From NCBI GenBank assembly GCA_041493205.1, contig JBGPYM010000001.1, positions 1 to 49,971 on the forward strand: DNA of 49,971 nucleotides. Reading direction: 5' to 3'. The notes below the pieces were generated by a model. The model had not been told where the DNA came from. It saw only the letters and a program-made list of their open reading frames with translations, and did not search any database. Both the position numbers and the translations under genes were made by a program. Below are positions 29,281-37,520 of this stretch, piece after piece (position 1 is the first letter of the stretch; each line of letters starts with the position of its first letter). The stretch comes from Bacteroidota bacterium (lineage in GTDB: Bacteria; Bacteroidota; Ignavibacteria; UBA10030; UBA6906).

Positions 29281-30558
29281 TCAGGTCCTGTAGTTGGCGT
29301 TAATCGTCACATACTCTTTTGAAAGATCGCAGGTCCAGAAGGATGCGGTCCCCTCCCCCTGGTGGAGCGCCACCGTGACGCGGATTTCTTTCTGCTCCAG
29401 CACCTTCCTGGCCTCGTCTTCGGAAAAATCGATCCGGTAATTTCTGCGGAGAATCGGCACGTCCCCGAACCAGATTTCCACCTCCGCCGGGTCGAAAGGG
29501 ATGCCGGCAGTCCCGGCGGCTGCCAGGATGCGCCCCCAGTTTGCATCCTCGCCGTGCATGGCTGTCTTGACGAGGTTCGAATTGGCGATCGCGCGACCGG
29601 CCGCTGTTGCGTCAGCTTCCGTGGCTGCACCGGTCACGGTAATCTCGATGAATTTTGTCGCCCCTTCCCCATCCACGACGATCATCTTGGAGAGCCGGAC
29701 GAGAACATGTTCCAGCGCGCTGCAGAACACCTGGTACGAAGGATCTGCGGCATCGGCGATCAGGGGCGCCCCCGCCATGCCGTTGGCGAGCACCGCTGCC
29801 ATGTCGTTGGTGCTCATATCCCCGTCCACGGAGATCCTGTTGAACGAGCGTCCCGTTGCCTGCGCGAGCGCCGCGCGCAGAAGCGGCGGAGTGATCGCGG
29901 CGTCGGTCGTGACAAAGGCGAGCATGGTTGCCATGTTCGGCGCGATCATGCCCGAGCCCTTGGCCATACCGCCGACGGTCACTGTTTTGCCCCCCAGCTC
30001 ACACCGGACCGCCGCTTCCTTCACGAACGTGTCCGTGGTCATGATTGCCTCGGCGGCGTCGCCGCCCGCCGCGCGGGAGAGATTCCGGGCGGCGAGCGTG
30101 ATGCCGTCCAGGATCCTGTCCATGGGGAGGAATTGCCCGATGACGCCGGTCGAGGAGACGAGCACCTCGCGGTTCTCAACCCCGAGCGCGCGGGCGGCCG
30201 CGGCCGTCATGGCCCATGCGTCGGTGAGACCCCGCTCGCCGGTGCATGCATTGGCGTTGCCGCTGTTGACCACAATGGCGCGGAAGGACGGACCGGTCAG
30301 GAGCTGTTGCCTCACAACGACCACCGGCGCGGCCTGTACAATGTTGGTGGTGAGGACCGCGGCCGCCGCCGCGGGCGCATCCGAGACGAGCAGGCAGAGG
30401 TCCTTCTTCAATTTCTTCACGCCGCAATGGACGCCGGCGGCACGGTATCCCCGCGGGGCCGTGACACCCCCGGGAATGTCGCGCATTATCGCCGGCTCTT
30501 CCCTCTGCAGTGCCGGCGCACTCAGCGGATGCGCATCATGTTTCAGCGGTGCGCTCAT
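29281..30558 (-). CDS. argJ: bifunctional ornithine acetyltransferase / N-acetylglutamate synthase
   Basis: 425 aa. Autoprocessing site PNMATMLAFVTTDA, plus GMAKGSGMI and the C-terminal YVTINANYRT. Confidence 0.9.
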   Translation of the reverse strand: MSAPLKHDAHPLSAPALQREEPAIMRDIPGGVTAPRGYRAAGVHCGVKKLKKDLCLLVSDAPAAAAAVLTTNIVQAAPVVVVRQQLLTGPSFRAIVVNSGNANACTGERGLTDAWAMTAAAARALGVENREVLVSSTGVIGQFLPMDRILDGITLAARNLSRAAGGDAAEAIMTTDTFVKEAAVRCELGGKTVTVGGMAKGSGMIAPNMATMLAFVTTDAAITPPLLRAALAQATGRSFNRISVDGDMSTNDMAAVLANGMAGAPLIADAADPSYQVFCSALEHVLVRLSKMIVVDGEGATKFIEITVTGAATEADATAAGRAIANSNLVKTAMHGEDANWGRILAAAGTAGIPFDPAEVEIWFGDVPILRRNYRIDFSEDEARKVLEQKEIRVTVALHQGEGTASFWTCDLSKEYVTINANYRT

Positions 30559-31571
30559 GGGCGCAACCCCGCCGATTCCGGCATGGCAAACATCAGGTTC
30601 ATGTTCTGGACCGCCTGTCCCGCCGCGCCCTTGACGAGATTGTCGATCACCGAGATGATGATCAGCTGGTTCGTCCGCCGTTCGACGGTGAAGCCCACGT
30701 CGCAGTAGTTCGTGCGCACGACTGACTGGATCTGCGGAATGCCGCGGACCACGCGCACAAACGGATGGCTCCGGTAGTGGTCTGCATACAGTGTCGCGAG
30801 TTCTGCGTCGGTCACCCGGGTTGCGCAGCGCGCGTGAATCGTCGTATAGATGCCCCGCGTGATCGGGAGCAGATGGGGAACAAACGAGACCGCGACCGGC
30901 GCGCCGGCAACGCCTGCGAGGACGCTCTCGATTTCAGGAATGTGCTGATGCGTGCCGATCTTGTATGCACGGACATTCTCGTTGACCTCGGCAAAGCTCA
31001 TGTCCACCGCAGCGCTGCGTCCCGCACCCGACACACCGGAAAGTGCGTTGATCACGATCCCGTCGTGTGCCACGACGCCGTGCGCGAGCGCCGGAAGCAG
31101 TGCGATCAGCGCACCGGTCGGATAACAGCCGGGATTTGCGACCAGGCGGGCCTCTTTGATCGCGTCGCGGTTCAGTTCGGGGAGGCCGTAGACTGCGGAG
31201 GAAAGCAGACCCGCGGCGGTATGCGGACGACCGTAATACTTTTCGTACAGCACGTCCTCCTTCAGGCGGAAGTCCCCTCCCAGGTCGATGATCCTCTTCA
31301 CCTTCCCCGTCAGCGCGGGGACGATCTTCATCGCTTCGCCCGACGGGAGGGCGATAAAAGCAACGTCGGCGCCCCCCAGATCGTCCGGCACCAGCGGTTC
31401 GTAGGCCAGGTCGGTGATTCCCGCAAAGGCGGGGTAGACCGCGTCCACCCGCTGTCCGGCCGATGAGGCGGCCGTCACCTTCGTTACCGCGACCTCCGGG
31501 TGCGAAGAGAGGATGCGCAGGAGCTCCGCTCCCGAATAGCCCGATGCACCGATAATGACCGCCCTGACCAC
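30555..31571 (-). CDS. argC: N-acetyl-gamma-glutamyl-phosphate reductase
   Basis: Active-site NPGCYPT and an N-terminal Rossmann motif IIGASGYSG. The track ORF begins at a TTG (31619) inside the ARG-box region. I prefer GTG 31571, which gives MVRAVIIGASGYSG and has GGAG 9 nt upstream. Confidence 0.85.
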   Translation of the reverse strand: MVRAVIIGASGYSGAELLRILSSHPEVAVTKVTAASSAGQRVDAVYPAFAGITDLAYEPLVPDDLGGADVAFIALPSGEAMKIVPALTGKVKRIIDLGGDFRLKEDVLYEKYYGRPHTAAGLLSSAVYGLPELNRDAIKEARLVANPGCYPTGALIALLPALAHGVVAHDGIVINALSGVSGAGRSAAVDMSFAEVNENVRAYKIGTHQHIPEIESVLAGVAGAPVAVSFVPHLLPITRGIYTTIHARCATRVTDAELATLYADHYRSHPFVRVVRGIPQIQSVVRTNYCDVGFTVERRTNQLIIISVIDNLVKGAAGQAVQNMNLMFAMPESAGLRP

Positions 31572-31603
31572 GCGCGCCGCTCCGGAATGTCCGACAATTG
31601 TCC

Positions 31604-31639
31604 TTGCATAAATATGCAAAATTCTGTATTATTATGCAA
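31604..31639. promoter_or_regulatory. tandem ARG boxes overlapping divergent argC / argD promoters
   Basis: Box 1 core is TGCAT-AAAT-ATGCA (31605-31618), with perfect inverted arms. Box 2 core is TGTAT-TATT-ATGCA (31625-31638), with one arm mismatch. The centres are 20 bp apart. The architecture matches the TGAAT-W4-ATTCA ARG-box consensus. On the plus strand, TTGCAT (31604-31609), a 17-nt spacer and TATTAT (31627-31632) form a promoter for argD. On the minus strand the mirror image is TTGCAT, 17 nt, CATATT, for argC. Confidence 0.7.
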
Positions 31640-31670
31640 GCACATTTTTTCACGCTCTCCCGGAGCCCCG

Positions 31671-32852
31671 ATGGACCTGCATGACCGCGAAGCCGCCGCA
31701 CTGTTCCACACCTACAAACGCCTTCCCCTGGCTGTCACACGGGGGGAGGGGGTGTACGTAGAGGCCCAGGACGGGAAACGGTATCTTGATATGTTCGGGG
31801 GGCTTGCGGTGAATGCCCTGGGGTACGCCCACCCCCGCATCGTGAAGGCCATTACAGACCAGGCCGCCCGGTACACCCATCTCTCGAACTACTTCCTGCA
31901 GGAGCCGCAGGTCCGGCTCGCCGAGCTTCTCATCCGGCATTCCGGCTACCCGCGCGTGTTCTTCGCCAACAGCGGCACCGAGACGACGGAGGGTGCCATC
32001 AAGATCGCGAGGAAATGGGGCCTGTCCAGGGGAAAGCGTGAAATCCTCGCCTTCACCAATTCGTTCCACGGCAGGACGATGGGTGCGCTGTCGCTGATGG
32101 ACCGGCCGAAGTACCGCGACGGGTTCGGCCCTTTTCTGGACCACTGCCGTGTCGTGGAGTTCAACAACCCGTCGGCGCTCACCGCGGCGGTCTCCGAGCA
32201 GACGGCGGCGGTGCTGCTCGAGTTCATCCAGGGAGAAGGAGGCGTGCGCCCGGTGTCGGGGGAATTCGCCGCAACGCTTGCCTCTCTGCACAGGGAGTTC
32301 GGGTTTCTCATCATCGCCGACGAGATCCAGTCCGGGGCAGGCCGCACCGGAAAGTTTTTCGGTTTCCAGCACTACCCGGTCGCTCCGGAAATCGTCACGA
32401 TGGCGAAGCCGATCGGCGGCGGCCTTCCTCTCGGTGCAATCCTCGCCCACGAAGACGTCGCCGGCGTTCTTGAACCGGGCATGCACGGGACGACGTTCGG
32501 CGGGAACCCCGTCGCGTGTGCGGCAGGCATCGCCGTTCTCGAGGAAATCGATGCGCGGGGCCTTGTCGCCTCTGCGGCGCAGCGCGGCGCACGGCTGAAG
32601 GCCGGGCTCGAATCCATCGCCGCGGACTTTCCCCGCATCGTGCGGGAGGTGCGGGGGTTCGGCCTGATGCTCGGCCTTGAGCTCGACCGCCCCGGTGATG
32701 CCGCCGTGGACGAAATGCGGAACCGCGGCATTCTCATTAACTGCACCGACTCGACCGTCCTCCGGTTCCTCCCCCCGCTGATCATCGGCGATGAGCATGT
32801 CGATGCGACGGTCGGGGCATTGCGGGAGGTCATCGCCGCAATCGGCCGCTAG
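31671..32852 (+). CDS. argD: acetylornithine aminotransferase
   Basis: I trimmed the start to ATG 31671 (MDLHDREAAALFHTYKRLPL...). Class III aminotransferase motifs: FANSGTE, IADEIQSGAGRTGKFF, the TMAKPIGGGLPLGA PLP lysine, and HGTTFGGNP. Confidence 0.9.
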   Translation: MDLHDREAAALFHTYKRLPLAVTRGEGVYVEAQDGKRYLDMFGGLAVNALGYAHPRIVKAITDQAARYTHLSNYFLQEPQVRLAELLIRHSGYPRVFFANSGTETTEGAIKIARKWGLSRGKREILAFTNSFHGRTMGALSLMDRPKYRDGFGPFLDHCRVVEFNNPSALTAAVSEQTAAVLLEFIQGEGGVRPVSGEFAATLASLHREFGFLIIADEIQSGAGRTGKFFGFQHYPVAPEIVTMAKPIGGGLPLGAILAHEDVAGVLEPGMHGTTFGGNPVACAAGIAVLEEIDARGLVASAAQRGARLKAGLESIAADFPRIVREVRGFGLMLGLELDRPGDAAVDEMRNRGILINCTDSTVLRFLPPLIIGDEHVDATVGALREVIAAIGR

Positions 32853-32996
32853 CACTCCGCCTGCTGCCGGTCCACCCCCCGCTGTCAGAAATGGCAAGGG
32901 GGTTTCTGCTATTGAGAATGCGTGCCCTCCTCCCCGGTCCCGGGGCGATAATCTTCCTCTTTTAGCCCACATTGACAGGCTTTTGCCCCAATCCTT

Positions 32997-33011
32997 TGGC
33001 ACGTGGATTGC
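32997..33011 (+). promoter_or_regulatory. sigma54 (-24/-12) promoter candidate upstream of the NfnAB/GltD-like pair
   Basis: TTGGCACGTGGATTGCG matches TGGCAC-N5-TTGC. The GG at 32998-32999 and the GC at 33010-33011 are separated by exactly 10 nt. The element lies about 50 nt upstream of ATG 33064. Confidence 0.55.
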
Positions 33012-33063
33012 GCCCTGCCTGCACCAGATGCACAACCATGCTCCAACCCCTTACCAGGAACGC

Positions 33064-33918
33064 ATGTACACGATAGTGTCAAAAGCGGTCCTCGCTCCGA
33101 CCATTACACGGCTGGAAATCACTGCTCCGTTCATCGCGAGGAAACGGAAAGCAGGAAATTTTGTGATGGTGCGTGTCGAAGACGGGGGCGAACGGATCCC
33201 CCTCACAATCGCCGACAGCAACCCTGCGTCCGGCACCATCACCCTCATCATCCAGGCCGTCGGGGGAACCACCAAACTCCTCTGCAGCAAGAATGCCGGC
33301 GACAGCCTTCTCGATGTCGTGGGACCGCTCGGCAATCCCACGCCGATCGAGAATCATGGTGCTGTCGCCTGCGTCGGCGGAGGCGTCGGGACCGCGGAAC
33401 TCTACCCGATTGCGCGCGCGCTCAAGGAGGCGGGCAACAGGGTGGAGACCATCATCGGAGCGCGCTCCCGTGACCTCGTAATTCTCGAGGAGGAAATGCG
33501 GCGCTGGTCGGACAACGTATTTGTCACCACGGACGACGGATCGTACGCCCGGAAGGGTTTCGTGACCGATCAGCTCAAAGACCTCCTGGACGGCGCCCGG
33601 GGGATCAGGGCCGTCTACGCCATCGGCCCGCTCCCGATGATGAAGGCGGTGTCCGCCCTCACCCGTCCCTACGGGGTGCAGACACTCGTCAGCCTCAATA
33701 CCATCATGGTGGACGGCACCGGGATGTGCGGGGGATGCAGGGTGACGGTCGGCGGCACAATGAAGTTCGCCTGCGTCGACGGACCGGAATTCGACGGGCA
33801 CACGGTGGATTTCGACGAGCTGATGATGCGGAACCGGACGTATGTCGATCTCGAAAAGATTTCCGACCAGAAGCATGTCTGCCGGCTGAGCGGGGTACGG
33901 CAGGAGGCGGCGTCATGA
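33064..33918 (+). CDS. FAD/NAD(P)-binding ferredoxin-reductase-type subunit (NfnA / sulfide dehydrogenase gamma / PyrK-like) with C-terminal [2Fe-2S] site
   Basis: I trimmed the start to ATG 33064 (MYTIVSK...). It has a PyrK-like layout, and the C-terminal cysteines CGGCRV...FACVDGPEF are present. The stop overlaps the next start (ATGA). Confidence 0.7.
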   Translation: MYTIVSKAVLAPTITRLEITAPFIARKRKAGNFVMVRVEDGGERIPLTIADSNPASGTITLIIQAVGGTTKLLCSKNAGDSLLDVVGPLGNPTPIENHGAVACVGGGVGTAELYPIARALKEAGNRVETIIGARSRDLVILEEEMRRWSDNVFVTTDDGSYARKGFVTDQLKDLLDGARGIRAVYAIGPLPMMKAVSALTRPYGVQTLVSLNTIMVDGTGMCGGCRVTVGGTMKFACVDGPEFDGHTVDFDELMMRNRTYVDLEKISDQKHVCRLSGVRQEAAS

Positions 33919-35357
33919 GCCAGCTCAACCCGCGGAAGCCGTCCGAGCGCATGAAGATCGCCCGCCAGGATTCCATTGAGCAGGAGCCGGCGGTGCGGAG
34001 TCTCAACTTCCTGGAGGTCTCCTTCGGTTTCGATGAAGACCGGGCGGTGATCGAGAGCACCCGCTGCCTCGAATGCAAGACGCCCTATTGTACCGACGGC
34101 TGTCCCGTCGGGATTGACATCCGCGGGTTCATCCAGCTTGTCCTGCAGAAGGACTATGTCGGCGCCGTGCGGAAGATCCGCGAGGCGAATTACCTTCCAG
34201 CCATTTGCGGCCGCGTCTGTCCGCAGGAATCTCAGTGCGAGGCGGTGTGCGTCATGGGGAAGAAGCTCGAGCCGGTGGCCATCGGCAAACTCGAGCGGTT
34301 TGTCGCCGACTATGAAATGAAGAACGACCTGTTCACGCCCCCGGCCCTTCCGGCTGCCCGCGAGGAAAAGGTCGCGATCGTGGGTTCGGGACCCTCCGGG
34401 CTCACCTGCGCTGCCGAGCTGGCCCAGCGGGGGTACCGCGTGACGGTGTTCGAAGCCCTGCACGCCGTAGGAGGAGTCCTCCGGTACGGGATCCCTGAGT
34501 TCCGCCTTCCGAAGGAAATCCTCGACCTTGAGACCGAGAGGATCAAGGCCCTTGGCGTGGAAATTTACACGAACTTCGTCGTGGGCAGGACGGCGACCAT
34601 CGACGAACTCTTCGGCGAATGGGGTTTCCGGGCGATCTTCCTCGGCACGGGGGCCGGTACGCCGACATTCCTCGGCATCCCGGGCGAGAGCCTGAGCGGC
34701 GTTTACTCCGCCAATGAGTTTCTGACGCGCGTCAACCTGATGGGCGCCTACAAGTTCCCGAAGAATGACACGCCGATAAGAATCGGGCGTTCGGTGGGGG
34801 TGATCGGTGGGGGGAATACCGCGATGGATGCCGTCAGGACAGCGCGCCGTCTCGGCGCGGAGCATGCGTATCTGATCTACCGGCGCTCGCGGCAGGAGAT
34901 GCCCGCACGAGAGGAGGAGATCCACCATGCCGAGCAGGAAGGAATAGAATTTCTGCTTCTCACAAATCCGTTGCGGATCCTGGGGGATGCGAACAACTGG
35001 GTGAACGGCATCGAGTGCCAGAGGATGGAGCTGGGGGAACCGGACGCTTCGGGACGCCGGAGGCCGGTGGCAGTGCCGGGATCAGAATTCATCGTCCCGC
35101 TGCAGACACTGGTCGAGGCGATCGGCCAGAAGCCCAATCCGATCATCCAGGCGACCACACCCGGCCTCGAAACCGGGTCGCGCGGCACGGTGGTTATTAA
35201 TGAGCGGCAGGGAACGAGCCGGCCGGGAATATTTGCAGGCGGCGACCTCTCACGCGGGGGCGCGACCGTGATCCTTGCCATGAAGGATGGAAAGGCCGCG
35301 GCGCAGGCGATTCACGAGTATTTGAATCCCAACCACACGGCGGTGATGGCTTCGTAA
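33915..35357 (+). CDS. NADPH-dependent glutamate-synthase small-chain-like oxidoreductase (GltD / NfnB family)
   Basis: I trimmed the start to ATG 33915. Fe-S cysteines: CLECKTPYCTDGCP and CGRVCPQESQCEAVC. Dinucleotide folds: VAIVGSGPSGL and VIGGGNTAMD. No GltB large subunit is nearby, which favours an NfnAB-type pair. Confidence 0.8.
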   Translation: MSQLNPRKPSERMKIARQDSIEQEPAVRSLNFLEVSFGFDEDRAVIESTRCLECKTPYCTDGCPVGIDIRGFIQLVLQKDYVGAVRKIREANYLPAICGRVCPQESQCEAVCVMGKKLEPVAIGKLERFVADYEMKNDLFTPPALPAAREEKVAIVGSGPSGLTCAAELAQRGYRVTVFEALHAVGGVLRYGIPEFRLPKEILDLETERIKALGVEIYTNFVVGRTATIDELFGEWGFRAIFLGTGAGTPTFLGIPGESLSGVYSANEFLTRVNLMGAYKFPKNDTPIRIGRSVGVIGGGNTAMDAVRTARRLGAEHAYLIYRRSRQEMPAREEEIHHAEQEGIEFLLLTNPLRILGDANNWVNGIECQRMELGEPDASGRRRPVAVPGSEFIVPLQTLVEAIGQKPNPIIQATTPGLETGSRGTVVINERQGTSRPGIFAGGDLSRGGATVILAMKDGKAAAQAIHEYLNPNHTAVMAS

Positions 35358-35362
35358 GAAAA

Positions 35363-35389
35363 CAGGGGTCACCCATCGGGTGACCCCTG
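35363..35389 (-). terminator. intrinsic terminator (shared by convergent operons; canonical on the minus strand)
   Basis: A perfect 12-bp GC-rich stem, CAGGGGTCACCC (35363-35374) with GGGTGACCCCTG (35378-35389), and a 3-nt loop. On the minus strand the hairpin is followed by TTTT (complement of 35359-35362). It lies 6 nt after the plus-strand stop and about 50 nt after the cytochrome gene stop. Confidence 0.75.
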
Positions 35390-35436
35390 CACAATGCGGC
35401 GGGCAGAATCGCCCGTCCCGCTTCCCGGTACCTCGA

Positions 35437-36684
35437 TTATTTGCCCCGTTTGGCCCGCAAATCGGCGGCCAATGATTTGATTTCCACCAGGTCCCGCTGC
35501 ATTTCGCTCCAGCCGTACCAGAGTGCATAGTCGGGACTCGCGTGAAACGTTCCCTGAAATGCGCGCATCCGGTGCTCCAGGAACATGACGAACAGTTTCT
35601 GTTCGATGACCGTGGGCGCGTCGTGGAACGTCAGGATATCGGGAAATGCGTGGGCATAGTTCTTTGGCTTCGCCAGTTTCCCCTCCTTATACAGGTCCGC
35701 CACGATCCGGATGGCTTCGGCCATGACCCGGTCCGTGTGCCGGATCATCTGGTCCCCTTTTTCCAGCTCCGCGCGGGCGAAGTTCTCCGAATGACACCGG
35801 CGGCAGGTTTTCAGCATCTTGTCCCGTTCGAACTGCCAGTCCTCCTGCTTCAACCGCGCAACATTCGCCGCCTTTACGACCTCAAGCCGGGCCGTCGGCT
35901 TGCCATCCGGGTCAAGCACACCCAGGGCCTGAAGGATCGTCACCCGGTCCGCGGCCCATTCCTTGTTCTCCGGGAGGGGAAGGCGCACGCCCAGGAACCC
36001 CCACGCCGTGGAGACGCCGTGATTGCCCTCCTGCATGTGGCAATCCTGGCACGTGGGAGCCGGCGTGTCGTCAGGAAGCACTTTGCTTTGCCTGAGCAGC
36101 GCACGCACGCCGTGCTTTGAGCTTGAATACATCTCCCACTGTGCATGGTCGAACCCCATGTGGCAAGTCTGGCACGCCTGGGGTTGTTTAGCCTCGACCA
36201 CCGAAAACGTGTGTCGCGTGTGGCACGCATCGCAGGAGGCAAGTCCGAATCCCCCGCCACGCTGCTTCAGTTTCTTGATTTCCGCCTCCGTCTTGAGTCC
36301 TATCTTGTGGCACCCGCCGCATCCCTTCATGCCGTCGATAAGCTCCATCGGCTGCCAGTGGATGGTGGGCATTGCTTCCTGGGAGGCCCAGGCGAGCGCA
36401 TGCTTTCCCCCCTTGAACTGTTCCAACTGCTTCTCATGACATTCCCCGCAGGTTTCGGGGGTCGGGATCTTGACGTTGGCGACGTCAAGAGTCGTGATGT
36501 GCTTGTCCCCGTGACATGTCTCGCATCCCACGCCGTTCTTGCTGTGCTTGCTCAGTTCCCAGTCGGCCACAATCCCCGGCGTGAGCCTCCTGTGGCAGTC
36601 GACGCATATCTGGGGATCGAGCGGACGGGCAAGCGCGGTCGCACATGCGGCAGACATCAGAAGGGTGGTAAGAGCTCTGTTCAT
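35437..36684 (-). CDS. periplasmic octahaem c-type cytochrome, hydroxylamine-oxidoreductase (HAO)-like family, short form
   Basis: 415 aa with signal peptide MNRALTTLLMSAACATALA. Eight CxxCH motifs: CVDCH, CETCH, CGECH, CGGCH, CDACH, CQTCH, CQDCH and CRRCH. The helical C-terminal region (...FLEHRMRAFQGTFHASPDYALWYGW...) is reminiscent of HAO/epsilon-Hao proteins. Confidence 0.7.
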   Translation of the reverse strand: MNRALTTLLMSAACATALARPLDPQICVDCHRRLTPGIVADWELSKHSKNGVGCETCHGDKHITTLDVANVKIPTPETCGECHEKQLEQFKGGKHALAWASQEAMPTIHWQPMELIDGMKGCGGCHKIGLKTEAEIKKLKQRGGGFGLASCDACHTRHTFSVVEAKQPQACQTCHMGFDHAQWEMYSSSKHGVRALLRQSKVLPDDTPAPTCQDCHMQEGNHGVSTAWGFLGVRLPLPENKEWAADRVTILQALGVLDPDGKPTARLEVVKAANVARLKQEDWQFERDKMLKTCRRCHSENFARAELEKGDQMIRHTDRVMAEAIRIVADLYKEGKLAKPKNYAHAFPDILTFHDAPTVIEQKLFVMFLEHRMRAFQGTFHASPDYALWYGWSEMQRDLVEIKSLAADLRAKRGK

Positions 36685-37520
36685 AGGTGCTCCTTGGTCA
36701 ACGTTGGTGGTGGAGTGTTCACATCTGCCTCGCGGACGGACATCACAACCAGGTCGCGAGACAAAGCCGCGTCATACACATCCATAGAGATCCCCCCGAA
36801 CAGACGGGTGTCCCCGAACCCGCTGCGGTGCATCATCGTCGTCAGTTCTGTGCTGCGGAGAGGACGCAGCGGCACTGTCATGTGCGACTGCCCCGCATCC
36901 CCTCCCTGTTTCTCAAGCCGGAGGAGGTTGAACAGAATGAGGTCCCCCGCCAGTCCGTAGTCGTACATCCGCACGTACGTCGCGTTGCCGCTTTCTCTGA
37001 CGCTCTGCACGCGCGTGCGCGAGGACATGATCCTGTCGTAGTTGAGCAGCTGCAGAAAGAGCATGCCGCCCGGCCGCAGAACGGCGTGAAAATTGCCGAG
37101 GGTGCGCAGGAGGTCGTTGTCGGTGAGAAGGTGCGGGAGCGCATTCCCGAGACAGAAGACCGCGTCGAACGGGCCCTGTACATTCTCCTGAAGATCCTGA
37201 AAGGTCGAGCGCACCGGGCGGACGCGCAAATCCATCGAACGTGCGTGTGCGTCAAGACGGTCCATCATTTCCCGGGACACGTCGACCGCGGTAACGTCCA
37301 CGCCGAGTTGCGCGAGGAGCAGTGCATGGAAGCCTGTGCCGCAGCCGGCGTCGAGTGCGGTCCGTATCCCCTTCTGTTCCACCAGGAGCCGGAAGAAAGG
37401 GCGTTCCTGCGCGAACCGTTTGTCGAAGCCCGTCATCGCATCGTATTCGGGCGCCAGGCGGTCATAAAAGTCCGCTACCCCGTTCTGCGTATGCTCTGCC
37501 GTGTCAGTCATTGGGGCCAT
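36681..37520 (-). CDS. class I SAM-dependent methyltransferase (glycine/sarcosine N-methyltransferase-like small-molecule MTase)
   Basis: Motif I ALDAGCGTG. The post-I acidic residue is in VTAVDVS. AVFCLGNALPHL and VLRPGGMLFLQLLNYD resemble the GNMT-type fold. I trimmed the start to ATG 37520, with ATG 37511 as an alternative. The stop overlaps the cytochrome ATG (ATGA at 36681-36684). Confidence 0.75.
   Translation of the reverse strand: MAPMTDTAEHTQNGVADFYDRLAPEYDAMTGFDKRFAQERPFFRLLVEQKGIRTALDAGCGTGFHALLLAQLGVDVTAVDVSREMMDRLDAHARSMDLRVRPVRSTFQDLQENVQGPFDAVFCLGNALPHLLTDNDLLRTLGNFHAVLRPGGMLFLQLLNYDRIMSSRTRVQSVRESGNATYVRMYDYGLAGDLILFNLLRLEKQGGDAGQSHMTVPLRPLRSTELTTMMHRSGFGDTRLFGGISMDVYDAALSRDLVVMSVREADVNTPPPTLTKEHL

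Noticed and set aside
31572-31619. Over-long N-termini in the ORF track. Examples are argC from TTG 31619, and track starts at 1598, 13995, 31500, 32791, 33726, 37634, 38709 and 24875.
   Set aside because: The extensions are Arg/Gly-rich, overlap upstream genes or regulatory sites, and have no homologous N-terminal counterpart. Internal ATG/GTG starts give canonical N-termini, SD-like sequences or ATGA coupling.
32972-32977. A perfect TTGACA -35 hexamer upstream of the NfnA-like gene.
   Set aside because: No acceptable -10 hexamer lies at 16-18 nt (TTTGGC is what is there). The same stretch is better explained by the overlapping sigma54 -24/-12 element.
31650-33035. A 461-aa minus-strand ORF opposite argD and the downstream spacer.
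   Set aside because: argD carries full-length class III aminotransferase motifs on the plus strand. The antisense product is a low-complexity shadow ORF.
33915-35357. Calling this gene a bona fide glutamate synthase small subunit (gltD).
   Set aside because: No GltB large subunit is adjacent. It is instead translationally coupled to a PyrK-like FAD/[2Fe-2S] subunit, the architecture of NfnAB/sulfide-dehydrogenase-type enzymes. I left the symbol blank.
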